Part shown: positions 17,456-28,600 of the stretch, piece by piece
Layout of the letters: each line of letters opens with the position of its first letter
Position numbering within the stretch: the stretch's first letter is position 1
IMG/VR virus record: IMGVR_UViG_3300042914_002215
Direction: 5' to 3' (one strand)
DNA from: a virus
DNA length: 64,000 nt
Position numbers and translations under genes: made by a program
The notes under the pieces: generated by a model
What the model saw: the letters and a program-made list of their open reading frames with translations, nothing else
What the model was told of the DNA's origin: nothing
Databases searched by the model: none

Positions 17456-17878
17456 ATGGCAACCACAATAACATCCAATAATCCAAGAATCGATTCCGAA
17501 AGAACTTATAGGGACTTAGATTTAAATTTTAATGCTCATCCAGTAAAGAAAGATGTGACCAAATATTTGGATGAGTATGCTGTGATTAATTCTGTAAAGA
17601 ATCTTGTATCTACTAATTTCTACGAGCGACCATTTCGTCCTGAATTGGGAAGTGGAGTTCGTTCACTTTTGTTTGAAAACGTCGACCCAATTATTGCAGC
17701 ACAAATAGAAAGAGCGATTGCTGAAGTAATCAATAATTATGAACCTAGAGTTAGAATATTAGATTTAAATGCCACTGCGTATCCAGACGATAATCTTTAC
17801 AGTATGAAAATGACTTTTATGATTATAAACAATCCTAATCCTATCACTATTGATTTCTTCTTAGAGAGAATTAGATAA
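17456..17878 (+). CDS. gp25: baseplate wedge subunit
   Basis: YRDLDL.F..HP, ERPFRPELGS, NYEPRV; AATAAATA upstream at 17444. Confidence 0.93.
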   Translation: MATTITSNNPRIDSERTYRDLDLNFNAHPVKKDVTKYLDEYAVINSVKNLVSTNFYERPFRPELGSGVRSLLFENVDPIIAAQIERAIAEVINNYEPRVRILDLNATAYPDDNLYSMKMTFMIINNPNPITIDFFLERIR

Positions 17879-17880
17879 AA

Positions 17881-19938
17881 ATGGCAGACAGACTAAGAGT
17901 AACAGAACTTGATTTTGATGCAATCAAGCGAAATCTAAAAACATTTTTAAATCAACAATCGGAATTTACTGACTATGACTTTGAAGGTTCTGGTCTGTCT
18001 GTTCTGTTGGATATTCTTGCCTATAATACACATTATCAAGCATACTATCTAAACATGATTGCCAATGAAGCATTCATGGATACAGCACTGCTTCGTGATT
18101 CCGTAGTATCACATGCCAAAACTTTAGGTTATGTTCCATATTCTCGTAAAGCACCTAGAGCAACAATTAACTTTACTGCGAATACGAATTCAAATACATC
18201 GGCAACATTAACTATTCCAAAAGGGTTTAGATTTTTATCGAACGACATTGATGGTGTTAGTTATGGATTTGTGACTCTCAGTGAAACTACAGTAACAAAA
18301 TCAAACACAAGTTTCTCTTTTATCAACCTTCCAATTTACGAGGGCCAACTTGTTACATATTCGTATACTCATAATGAAGCAACGAATCCAAAACAAGTTT
18401 TCACATTACCTGACAACAGTGTAGACACATCCACTGTTACTGTCACAGTTCAGCCTTCAGCAACTAATACAGAAATATCGGTATACACACTGGCATCTGA
18501 TGCAAGTAATACCACAACTCAGTCACAAGTATTTTACTTACAAGAAGGCAAAGCACAACAATATCAGATTTATTTTGGCGACAATGTAATTGGAAAAAAA
18601 CTTGCTGATGGTTCTATTGTCAATATCACATATCTTGTGACAAATGGTGATGCTGCGAACAAAGCAAATAACTTTGTTGCCACTGAAACTCTTGCAGATT
18701 CATTGAATAATAATGTCACTGATTTTGATATCACACCCGTTTCTGAAGCGGCTGGTGGTGCAGAAAGAGAATCTGTTGACGATATTAAATTTGCTGCTCC
18801 ACTGCAATATACAACACAGAATCGCCTGGTAACATTCTCTGACTATGAGGCATACATTACTAAAAACTACCCTTCGGTAGAATCTGTTTCTGTTTGGGGT
18901 GGTGAAGATGAAACACCTCCATCGTTTGGCGTGGTGTATATTGCACTAAAACCAAAAACAAATTACTATCTTTCTGATGCCGAAAAACAACGCATCATTG
19001 ACGAAATAATTAAACCTAAAGCAATCGTTGCTGTTCAAACAATCATCCGTGACCCCGAATATCTATATTTACTAATTGCTCCTACTGTTACTTACAATCC
19101 AAACAAAACAACATTAACAGAAACTCAATTAAAAACTGCAATTAGAAATGCTGTTCTTTTATACAAAACTGCAAATCTTGACAAGTTTGATTCTCAGTTT
19201 ATTTTGTCTAAAGTACAAGATAATATTGATAACGTAGATTCTAATTCTATTATTGGTTCTAAAGTATCTGTGCGTGTACAGAAAAGATTTACACCATCAT
19301 TAAACTCATCTACAGCATACACAATCAACTTTAATGTGCCGCTTCGTAGAGGTACAATTGGTAACAAACTGACTTCAACATTCTTTACTGTTACCGATTC
19401 TGCTGGTGTTGATCGTGCTGTTCAGTTTGATGAAATACCACAATCATTCTCAGGTGTTTCATCAATCAGTGTTACGAATCCGGGACAAGGATTCACCTCT
19501 GCACCTATAGTGACCATTGATGGTGATGGTACGGGTGCATCAGCATCGGCTGTAATTGTAAATGGTAGAATTCAAAGTATTCAAATTATCAATCGTGGTA
19601 TCGATTATACACGTGCCACTGTAACAATCTCGGGTGGAGGTGGTTATGGCGCATCTGCTACAGCAGTTATTGATGGTCGTATTGGCACTATTCGTACTGT
19701 ATATTATGATTCTTTAGCACAACGTCAAGTCGTTGATGAGAATGCTGGTGAAATTGATTATGATGCTGGCGTAGTAACAATAACTAATATCGCAATTAAA
19801 GGTGTTGAGTCTGTAGACGGTGATATTAGACTTTCAATTGAGTCTGAAAAAGGTATTATAAGTACATCAAAAAATACGATCATTACAATTGATCAAGACG
19901 ATCCAACAGCAATTAGTACAACGTTAGAAACTGTATAA
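17881..19938 (+). CDS. gp6: baseplate wedge subunit
   Basis: ELDFDAIK, DYDFEGS, LAYNTHY, HAKTLGY.P.S, QNRLVT..DY, WGGE. Confidence 0.95.
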   Translation: MADRLRVTELDFDAIKRNLKTFLNQQSEFTDYDFEGSGLSVLLDILAYNTHYQAYYLNMIANEAFMDTALLRDSVVSHAKTLGYVPYSRKAPRATINFTANTNSNTSATLTIPKGFRFLSNDIDGVSYGFVTLSETTVTKSNTSFSFINLPIYEGQLVTYSYTHNEATNPKQVFTLPDNSVDTSTVTVTVQPSATNTEISVYTLASDASNTTTQSQVFYLQEGKAQQYQIYFGDNVIGKKLADGSIVNITYLVTNGDAANKANNFVATETLADSLNNNVTDFDITPVSEAAGGAERESVDDIKFAAPLQYTTQNRLVTFSDYEAYITKNYPSVESVSVWGGEDETPPSFGVVYIALKPKTNYYLSDAEKQRIIDEIIKPKAIVAVQTIIRDPEYLYLLIAPTVTYNPNKTTLTETQLKTAIRNAVLLYKTANLDKFDSQFILSKVQDNIDNVDSNSIIGSKVSVRVQKRFTPSLNSSTAYTINFNVPLRRGTIGNKLTSTFFTVTDSAGVDRAVQFDEIPQSFSGVSSISVTNPGQGFTSAPIVTIDGDGTGASASAVIVNGRIQSIQIINRGIDYTRATVTISGGGGYGASATAVIDGRIGTIRTVYYDSLAQRQVVDENAGEIDYDAGVVTITNIAIKGVESVDGDIRLSIESEKGIISTSKNTIITIDQDDPTAISTTLETV

Positions 19939-22900
19939 TGTCATCATCAGATTTAAAAACATCGATACTTGTTAATCGCCAAGTTCCAGAATTTGTTCGT
20001 GATGAATATCCAAAGTTTGTCACGTTTCTGGAAGCATATTATGAGTTCTTGGAAACTCAGGCTAACACTGCAACAACATCGAACAATCTGATTACGACTG
20101 CAAAGTCGTTGCGTAATATTGCGGATGTTGATGATTCAATAGATCAGTTTGAAAAGAACTTCTATAATACATATGCATCATTAGTACCTCTTGATGTTCA
20201 ATCAAATAAAGCACTCCTTTTCAAACAACTTCTACCTCTATACAGAACAAAGGGTTCAGAGAATTCTTTCAAACTATTATTTCAACTTGTCTTTGGTGAA
20301 GATATTGATGTTATTCTACCAAAGAACAATGTTCTACGTCCATCGGCAAGTAATTGGCAAGTAGATAATAAACTAAGAATTAATCCAGACATTTCCAGCC
20401 GTTATGTTGGAGATGGCACAACAAAGACATTTTATCTTGCCCAACAAGTGGGTACAGATGAAGTCAGTATCTTTGTAAACAATGTTCTCAAGACGGCTGG
20501 TATAGACTATTTCATCAACAAAGAATATCGTCAATTGAACTTCGTTGCAGCACCAGCTAACGGTGCAATAATTACGGCAACATATGATAGTTTTGATATT
20601 GCTTTACTCAACAATCGCAAAGTAACAGGTGTAACTTCTAAAGCATTTGCAATTATTGAGTCTGCAAGCCGAAGAATTATATCTGACACATTAAATCTAG
20701 GTTTACCAGTTGAACTTTTAATTAATGAGAAGTCTCTTGATGGATCATTCTTAAATGGTGAAGTCGTTACGATTCCTATCATAGATGAAGTCAATAATAT
20801 TCTGATTGACATTCGTGCTTCGACATTCTCTATTATTCGTAGATTGAACGTTGTTAATGCTGGTAATAACTATAGCGTGGGCGACATTGTTTCTGTATTT
20901 GGTGGTAATGCTTCAACAAATGCATTTGGTACAGTAGAACGAGTTGTTACTGGTGAAATTGACGCCATTACGGTAGCTCATGGTGGTGCCCTATTTTCTC
21001 TATCATCGCCGATTGCAATTTCTGGAAATAATCCATTTACAACAATGCTTGCCGTTGTTGATGCGATTGATACTTCGGGTGCAAATGCAGCGAACAGTTT
21101 CACGGTATCTCCCGATGCGATTGCTAATCTAAATTTGAATATAGGTGGTACTGTTTATGTAAACAGCTCTAATTTTGGAGCAGTTTTTTCAAAGTCAAAT
21201 ATAAGTGCAGCAAATGCTATTTCTGATGCACTTAACTATATCACACTTCAAGGTCAAGTTGGTCCTATTGTTAATGTAAGCGTTCTTTCTTCAACAGTTC
21301 CACTCACAGAAAAAAATTTAGTAAAATTAGATGCTGCTGGAGCTCAATATGGCTCCAATACGCCATATCGTTTTTCAAAAAGTTTAAGATCGATCGGACG
21401 TTACAAAATTAATGATGGCGGTTCAAACTACAAAATTGGCGATGAGATCGTTTTCAGCAATAATCCGCCTGGCACATATGGTCAACATGCTGCCGCCACA
21501 GTGGCTTCCGTTGCAGCAAACGGATATATTCTAAGAATCGATTCCGCTAATAGTCGCATCCGTGGAGTTGCATCAGTAACATCGTCGTGTAATGAAATCT
21601 CTGGAACTGGAACATTTTTTCAGCAAGATTTAAAAATCGGTGATAAGATTGATGTAAACAATGAGTCTAGAATAGTTGCCAATATTCCTACAAATGTTAA
21701 TGTCGTAGTTGATTCAGTATTTACTTATTCAGCGTCTAATAAGAAAATCGGTGTGTATAATCGCTGGCCACTTGGTGGTTATGGTTACACACAAGGTAAA
21801 TTTCCGACAATCAGTGTAGACTCTGCTACTGGTTCTGGTGCTAATGTACAAATCGATTCACTAATTGGCGATGGTGAAGTGTTGGTACCTACAGGTTTTG
21901 GTGCTAATGGTCAAATTATTTCAATTAAAGTAGTTAATCCCGGTTCAGGTTATGAGTTCAATCCCATTGTTTCTATATCTGGTGGTGATGGAACGGCAAC
22001 AGCAAATGCTGAAATTGAACGCTCTTATGTTTCTGCGCCCGGTCGTTGGACAACTTCGGATTCAATCATTTCATCCACAGAAAGAAAGATTCAAGGTGAG
22101 GACTATTATGTAGATTATTCTTATATTATTTCTTCACAGACTGAATTCAGTAAATATAAAACTTTATTAAAGCAGTTGCTACATCCTGTTGGCATGGTCA
22201 ACTATGCATTCTACAATAAGGAAAATGTTGTTGAATTAACTGATGTTGCTGTAACGGATATAAAAACCAATACAATTTCCGGAACGGTAAGCGTTGGTAA
22301 TGGTAGAATTGTAGTAACTGGTAGCAACACGAAATATAATATTGCAAATATAAGAGGTATTCTTTCATTAGGTTCATCAATTGCTGTAAATGGTGAAATC
22401 AGAAAAATCAACACGATTGTCAGTAACACAACTCTGTTGACAACATCAAATATTTCAAATCTACAAATTGCAAATGCTGGTTCTGGATATTCAAATGGAT
22501 ATCTTGTGTTTGCGAATGGTGGTGGTCAAATCACAAGTTTGGCAATCACATATGCCGGTTCTGGTTATGAGAATGGCTTTGTTACATTCTCTGGAACAGA
22601 TGAAGCAATTGCTGCTGTTGCTAACGTGGAAGTTTATGCATCAAATGGTGCAATTCGCACATTAACACTTGTCTCTGGTGGTCTTTATTCTGATACCCCT
22701 ATTGCAATTCCAGATAGTAATCCTCATCGTGTTGTTTATTCAAACACAATTACAATTACAGCACGTGGTCAAGGTTATTCTAATGGATGGTTAATATTCT
22801 CTGGTGGCGCACCATTAAGAGAAGCTAACGTCAGATTGATTGTTCATCCAAATACTGTTGTTAATACTGTTGAAGTTATTGATTCGGGTCTATATCAATC

Positions 22901-24032
22901 TAATCCTACAGTTACACCAAACACAAGTCCAAACGTTGTAGTTTCTGCGATTACTGTTACATCAGCAGGTAGAGGACATTCAAATGGCGTTCTGACATTC
23001 TCTGGTGGAAATCCAAGTCGTGCTGCTATTGTTAGAGTTGAGGTTTATCCTGCAAACGGTGCAATTCGTCGCACAACGATTGTTGATCCTGGTTTATATG
23101 CTTCAGCACCAACTGCTGTATTGAATACAACTCCGCTTTCTATTTCTGCAATTGCTGCAAATACAGCGGAGTTCAACGGACGATTTATCGCCAATGGATA
23201 TCTTGTATTCTCTGGCGGCAATCCAGTCGTTGAGGCAAATGCTTCTTATGAGGTGTATGCTGCAAACGGTGTAATTCGTTCAATCACAATCAATCAGGTT
23301 GGATTATATCGTTCAGCACCAACGGTTGCTCCAAACGTTACACCTGTAATGATTACGGAAGCATATCCAACAGAGCCCGGCTCTGGATACGTTGCTGGTT
23401 ATCTGGTGTTCTCAACAAATCAAGACACTGCAAATATTGCTGCAAATGCTTCAGTTACAGTCAATGCCGGTGGTGCCATCTCTGGAACTGTGATAAATAA
23501 TGTAGGATTATATGCAAATGGTGCTGATGTTATTGTTCTCGGTGTTCTAAATCCTACCACGGGAGCATTACAGACACCAACAACAGCAGCACAATTTAGA
23601 ATTGGTTATACAGCAAATACGTTGAACGTTGCTAATCTGATAGTAACGACAACTGCAAATGCTGGACAGACAGCGGCAGTGACAATTACCGCCAATAGTA
23701 ACACGTACACGAATGCATCATTTTCTATCGTTTCCGTGGCAAATGCTGAAACGAACGCAGTAATTACAGTAGGATTTACGGGCAGAAATACCGCAGCAAA
23801 TGTTCTAGTTGAGGTTTATGATAATAGTTCTGGATTGATGCCGGTCGGAACTGTAAATGGCGCAATTCGTAAACTTACGGTGAATAGTAATAGTGCTCTT
23901 TCAGGAGTTGGAGAGTATTATTATACTCCTGATGTGACACCAAATAGTGGTGGCTCAGACGCAGTTATTACGTTTAATCCTGTATCATGGCACCAAACAG
24001 CAAACGCACAAACAGCAATCATATTTAATTAA
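19938..24032 (+). CDS. gp7: baseplate wedge initiator (gp7-like) with extended repeat C-terminus
   Basis: QVPEFVR..YPKFV.FLEAYYEF, Y..KGSE.SFK.LF, YYVDYSY....Y...LK.LLHPVG; between gp6 and gp8. Confidence 0.75.
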   Translation: MSSSDLKTSILVNRQVPEFVRDEYPKFVTFLEAYYEFLETQANTATTSNNLITTAKSLRNIADVDDSIDQFEKNFYNTYASLVPLDVQSNKALLFKQLLPLYRTKGSENSFKLLFQLVFGEDIDVILPKNNVLRPSASNWQVDNKLRINPDISSRYVGDGTTKTFYLAQQVGTDEVSIFVNNVLKTAGIDYFINKEYRQLNFVAAPANGAIITATYDSFDIALLNNRKVTGVTSKAFAIIESASRRIISDTLNLGLPVELLINEKSLDGSFLNGEVVTIPIIDEVNNILIDIRASTFSIIRRLNVVNAGNNYSVGDIVSVFGGNASTNAFGTVERVVTGEIDAITVAHGGALFSLSSPIAISGNNPFTTMLAVVDAIDTSGANAANSFTVSPDAIANLNLNIGGTVYVNSSNFGAVFSKSNISAANAISDALNYITLQGQVGPIVNVSVLSSTVPLTEKNLVKLDAAGAQYGSNTPYRFSKSLRSIGRYKINDGGSNYKIGDEIVFSNNPPGTYGQHAAATVASVAANGYILRIDSANSRIRGVASVTSSCNEISGTGTFFQQDLKIGDKIDVNNESRIVANIPTNVNVVVDSVFTYSASNKKIGVYNRWPLGGYGYTQGKFPTISVDSATGSGANVQIDSLIGDGEVLVPTGFGANGQIISIKVVNPGSGYEFNPIVSISGGDGTATANAEIERSYVSAPGRWTTSDSIISSTERKIQGEDYYVDYSYIISSQTEFSKYKTLLKQLLHPVGMVNYAFYNKENVVELTDVAVTDIKTNTISGTVSVGNGRIVVTGSNTKYNIANIRGILSLGSSIAVNGEIRKINTIVSNTTLLTTSNISNLQIANAGSGYSNGYLVFANGGGQITSLAITYAGSGYENGFVTFSGTDEAIAAVANVEVYASNGAIRTLTLVSGGLYSDTPIAIPDSNPHRVVYSNTITITARGQGYSNGWLIFSGGAPLREANVRLIVHPNTVVNTVEVIDSGLYQSNPTVTPNTSPNVVVSAITVTSAGRGHSNGVLTFSGGNPSRAAIVRVEVYPANGAIRRTTIVDPGLYASAPTAVLNTTPLSISAIAANTAEFNGRFIANGYLVFSGGNPVVEANASYEVYAANGVIRSITINQVGLYRSAPTVAPNVTPVMITEAYPTEPGSGYVAGYLVFSTNQDTANIAANASVTVNAGGAISGTVINNVGLYANGADVIVLGVLNPTTGALQTPTTAAQFRIGYTANTLNVANLIVTTTANAGQTAAVTITANSNTYTNASFSIVSVANAETNAVITVGFTGRNTAANVLVEVYDNSSGLMPVGTVNGAIRKLTVNSNSALSGVGEYYYTPDVTPNSGGSDAVITFNPVSWHQTANAQTAIIFN

Positions 24033-24043
24033 CGATATAATTT

Positions 24044-25615
24044 ATGTCATCAGTAACATCTAAAAAAATATCTTATATTTCTGCGGTGCAGTTTAAAGAA
24101 TCTTTCTATGAACCATCACCAGAAGTTGGATACGTGTATGTAGGTAATCATTTACCATATGCCAATGAAAATAGTCCAGATTCAATCGTAGATTCTGTTG
24201 ATTCCGAAAAGACGGTTTGGGATAACATGATTGCTGCTAAAAAAATTACAGGAAATGATGTTGAACTTGTTATTCCTAAAATATCTTGGACTGCAAATAC
24301 CAAATATAAACAATATGATGATCTGATTGCCCTTGATGAATTATTAACTGGCAACAATTCACTAAATGTGAAACCGATGTATGTGTATACATCACAACGT
24401 AATGTTTACAAATGCCTGTCAAATAATGCATCGGCAAATTCTACAGTAGAACCCACTGGTGATTATACGTCATCAAATGGCAACATTGCTACTTCGGACG
24501 GTTATATCTGGAAGTATATGTTCAATGTGAAGCCATCAAATAGATTCTTGTCGGATGATTGGATTCCAGTGCCAACAAGCACAAATCAATTAGATTATGG
24601 TGTAGATGACATTGGTGTGGTAAGTGGAGAACTTACAACAATCGTTGTCGTGAATACTGGCTCAGGTTTCTATGAAAATAATGTTGCTGTAGTTCCAATT
24701 TTCAGTTCTGGTTGTACGATTTTATCATTAGCAAACACAACAAATGTTGCAGCTAATATGTCAGTTTCGGGCACAGGTATTGCGCCAGGAACGTTTATCT
24801 CACGTGTTGATGTGCCAAATAATAATATTTTCTTATCAACAGCAACAACAACAGCCGGTGGTGGAAATACAACAGCAAATCAAATTGCTTTGACCACACG
24901 TGTCTTTATTGATGGCGATGGAACTGGTGCTGTAGCATCAGCGACTATTAACGCTACTGGTTACCTAACTAAAGTTACAGTCACTACAATCGGCACAGAA
25001 TATTCAACGGCAAACGCTTTTGTTTATGGCACAGGATCAAACTCATCTGTACGTGTAATTCGTGATATGAAATATGGTCATGCATATAACCCAGCAAGAG
25101 AATTGGGTGCAAATAGTGTAATGGTAACTTCCCGTATTGGTGAAATAGATTCGACTGAAAATGGTAAAATACCCGCAAACACAACATTTAGACAATATGG
25201 TATCTTTGTAAATCCCCATAAATATGGTGATGCGAACGTTGTGAGTGCCGCAAACGCTAAATCTGTCGTTTCACAAGCAACAGTTTTAAATTTAATTACT
25301 GGTTCTCCGTACAGTATAGATGAATTCGCATATCAAGGTTTACCTAATGATACATCATCAGCGAATACAGTTGCTTATGGATTTGTTTTAGATCAAACAT
25401 CTGACACCCTGAGATTAACAAATGTGAGAGGAATATTTCAAACAGGTATTCCTTTACGTGGCGCAAGCTCTGGTGTAGATGATCGTTTAGTTGTTACGAT
25501 ACAAAATCCAGAATTTGAGCCTTATTCAGGTGATATTCTCTACACAGAAAATGCTACAAAAACAACAAGAGCAGAAGGTCAGGCTGAGAACATCAAACTT
25601 ATTGTTAGATTTTAA
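24044..25615 (+). CDS. gp8: baseplate wedge subunit
   Basis: VYKCLSNN, DGYIWKYMF, GH..NPARELG, FRQYG, SGDILY.EN, Q.ENIKLIV.F. Confidence 0.9.
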   Translation: MSSVTSKKISYISAVQFKESFYEPSPEVGYVYVGNHLPYANENSPDSIVDSVDSEKTVWDNMIAAKKITGNDVELVIPKISWTANTKYKQYDDLIALDELLTGNNSLNVKPMYVYTSQRNVYKCLSNNASANSTVEPTGDYTSSNGNIATSDGYIWKYMFNVKPSNRFLSDDWIPVPTSTNQLDYGVDDIGVVSGELTTIVVVNTGSGFYENNVAVVPIFSSGCTILSLANTTNVAANMSVSGTGIAPGTFISRVDVPNNNIFLSTATTTAGGGNTTANQIALTTRVFIDGDGTGAVASATINATGYLTKVTVTTIGTEYSTANAFVYGTGSNSSVRVIRDMKYGHAYNPARELGANSVMVTSRIGEIDSTENGKIPANTTFRQYGIFVNPHKYGDANVVSAANAKSVVSQATVLNLITGSPYSIDEFAYQGLPNDTSSANTVAYGFVLDQTSDTLRLTNVRGIFQTGIPLRGASSGVDDRLVVTIQNPEFEPYSGDILYTENATKTTRAEGQAENIKLIVRF

Positions 25616-25625
25616 AGGTTAATAA

Positions 25626-28600
25626 ATGGCAATAAACACAAATTTAAACGTTGATCCGTATTACGATGATTTTAATGAAGATAAAAACTTCTATCGTATT
25701 CTCTATAAGCCCGGCTTTGCAGTTCAATCACGTGAATTAACTCAATCTCAATCTATTCTTCAAGATCAGATCAAGAAGTTTGGTGACCATGTATTTAAGA
25801 CAGGTTCAATTGTTTCTGGCGGTCAGATTTTTGTACAGAACACAACTTATATTAATGTAGCAACTTCTTATGGCATATCAGATATTGACTATTCTGTATT
25901 TGATCAAGAGTACATTACTAATACAAGTGGTACAAAGAAAGCATATGTTCTAAAATCATATGCGGCAGATACAACTGCTGGTCAGCCAATTACATTTATT
26001 GTTAATCAATTATATGGTTCGGCTTTTGCTGCTGATGAAACTATCGTCACGGCAAACACTCAAACTGGTGCAACGAACTACTACGCTAATGTAGCAGCAT
26101 CAAATCCAACAGGCAACTCAAAAACATTTTCTATTAATGATGGTGTTTTTTACTATGAAGGATTCTTTGTACGTAATGATGCACAGTCAGTTGCGCTTTC
26201 AAAATATGATCGTAACTCAAATGTAGTTGTCGGCTTTCAAGTCACAGAAGATATTGTTGATTACACCGAAGATACTTCTTTACTTGATCCTGCACAAGAT
26301 GCATCAAACTTTCAAGCACCTGGCGCAGATCGTTTCAAGATTTCATTGATTCTGACTACACGACCACTGAATAGCACAGACCTTTCACAATTTATTCAAC
26401 TAAGTGAGTTTCAAGGTGGTATTCAACAATCTGTAATTCAGACACCAATTTATTCAACACTTGGTGATGAACTTGCTCGTCGCACATACGATGAATCTGG
26501 CGACTATCTTGTTAAACAATTTGATATTGCTGTTACAGATTCTACTGCCAATACAGCAAAAGCAAATGTTACTCTTGGCGCAGGTAAAGCATATGTTCGT
26601 GGATATGAGTTTTCAACAATCGCACCTACAGTGGTATCTGTAGATAAACCAAGAACAACTGATAATGTAAACAATCGCCGAATAACAGCAGACTTAGGTT
26701 ATTATGTTTATGCCAACGGTGTATATGGCACATTTCCAACCAACTTAATTGCAAACGTTGATTTATACGCTGTTGATACTGGAACACTTACAAGTATTCA
26801 AGCAAACACGGCAAATCTTGCCAACGTAAAAACTGGTTCTGCTAAGATTAAGATGATTTCATTTGATTCATCTTCAAATACACAGGACTCAAACACTTAC
26901 ATTTACAAAGCATATCTCACAGATATTAATGTAGGTACAATATTTAATGCTGCAACTGGTAACGGATACAATGCTGTTGGTGGTAACACAACTTCTGTCT
27001 CTTTACCGCCAGGTTTCTCTGCAAACAGTGGAACTTATGTTGGCGCAAAAATTAGAATTGTTGCAGGTCCTGGTACAGTTGATGGGGCAAGAACAATTAA
27101 GTTTTATGAAGGTGGTGATGCTGGACGCAAAGCAACCGTTGATGTTCCATTCTCAACAGCAATCACAACTGCATCTCAGTTCATGATTGACTTTGATTTC
27201 GGACAAACAGATTCTATTGCTGTGATGACAGGCGCCGCTCCAGTACGTGTATCGTCTGCAAATGTACATCCTTATTCCAAAAAACTAATTTATAGTCCAG
27301 TTGAACATGAAGTTACATTCGTATCTGATGTTGGTAATGAACCTCTGCTGCTAAAGATTGGTCAAGATAATGTAGCAGATAATACAATCTCAGATTTTAG
27401 TTATTCATATCGTCGTTTATATCAAACTGTTCCATTTTCAGCTGGCATATCATCACCACTTTCATTAGGAACTGGTGAAACATTGTTATCTGCTTCATCA
27501 ACGTCCACAAAACAACAATACTATACTCTCATTGTTACATCTCAGGGCACTGGTGTTTATCCAGTAGGAACTATTGTTCCTGCTCATGTGATGTCTGTTG
27601 ATACATCTGCTCGTACCATCTCAGTAACAGATGGTGGTACGATGGTAGCAAATATTTACGGTACTATTAGTGTATCTAATCCAACATCAAAGACAAAAAC
27701 ATTTGTTCGTGCAAATACAAGACTTGCGGCAAATGGAACTGGCGTAACAACATCAAATAATGTGTTTGGTAATGGTGCGATTTTTGTTTCATCACCAGAT
27801 GGTCAAACAATCATCAATGCTAATACTGTTCTTGTAAAAACACCTGGTGTTGATCAACCATTGTTTGCATCTGATATTCATTCTATTAATGCAATCTTTG
27901 ACTTTAATGGAACAACAATTACAACAACAAGTTACAATGCAGGTTCATACACGAACGTAACTTCTTATTACACATTATCAACTGGTCAAAAAGATTCTTA
28001 TTATGATTGGGGTGCAATTAAATTAAAACCGGGTTATCCAGCGCCTAAAGGTCCTCTGCTTGTACGCTACAATCGTTTCATTTCATCAGGTACAGGTTAT
28101 TTTGATGTTGATTCTTATACACGTTTAGGACCAGGCAATCTTGATTACGCAGAGATTCCAAACTTCATAGGTCAAGATGGTTCTGCCGCACCATTAAGTG
28201 ATTATTTGGATTTCCGTCCAGTTCGACTTGATGCGACAAACACAGTCAACGCAAATAATTATGTGTTTGATGTTGAAGAACGTGGCGCTGGTCCTAAAAT
28301 TATTGAAACAGGCACAGATGCTATTCTTGATTACAGTTATTATCTACCACGAATTGACCGTGTGGTGTTAAGTAAAAATGGTAACTTTGAAATCATTGAA
28401 GGTATTCCTTCATTGAATCCTATTGAGCCACAAGAACCCGCTGATGCAATGACTCTGTATGTTCTGTCATATCCAGCATATCTTGGATTTGCATCACAAA
28501 CTAATATTAAGACTTTCAAGAACAAACGATATACAATGAGAGATATTGGTGGTCTTGAAAAACGTATTCAGAATCTTGAATACTATACGTCGTTGTCATT

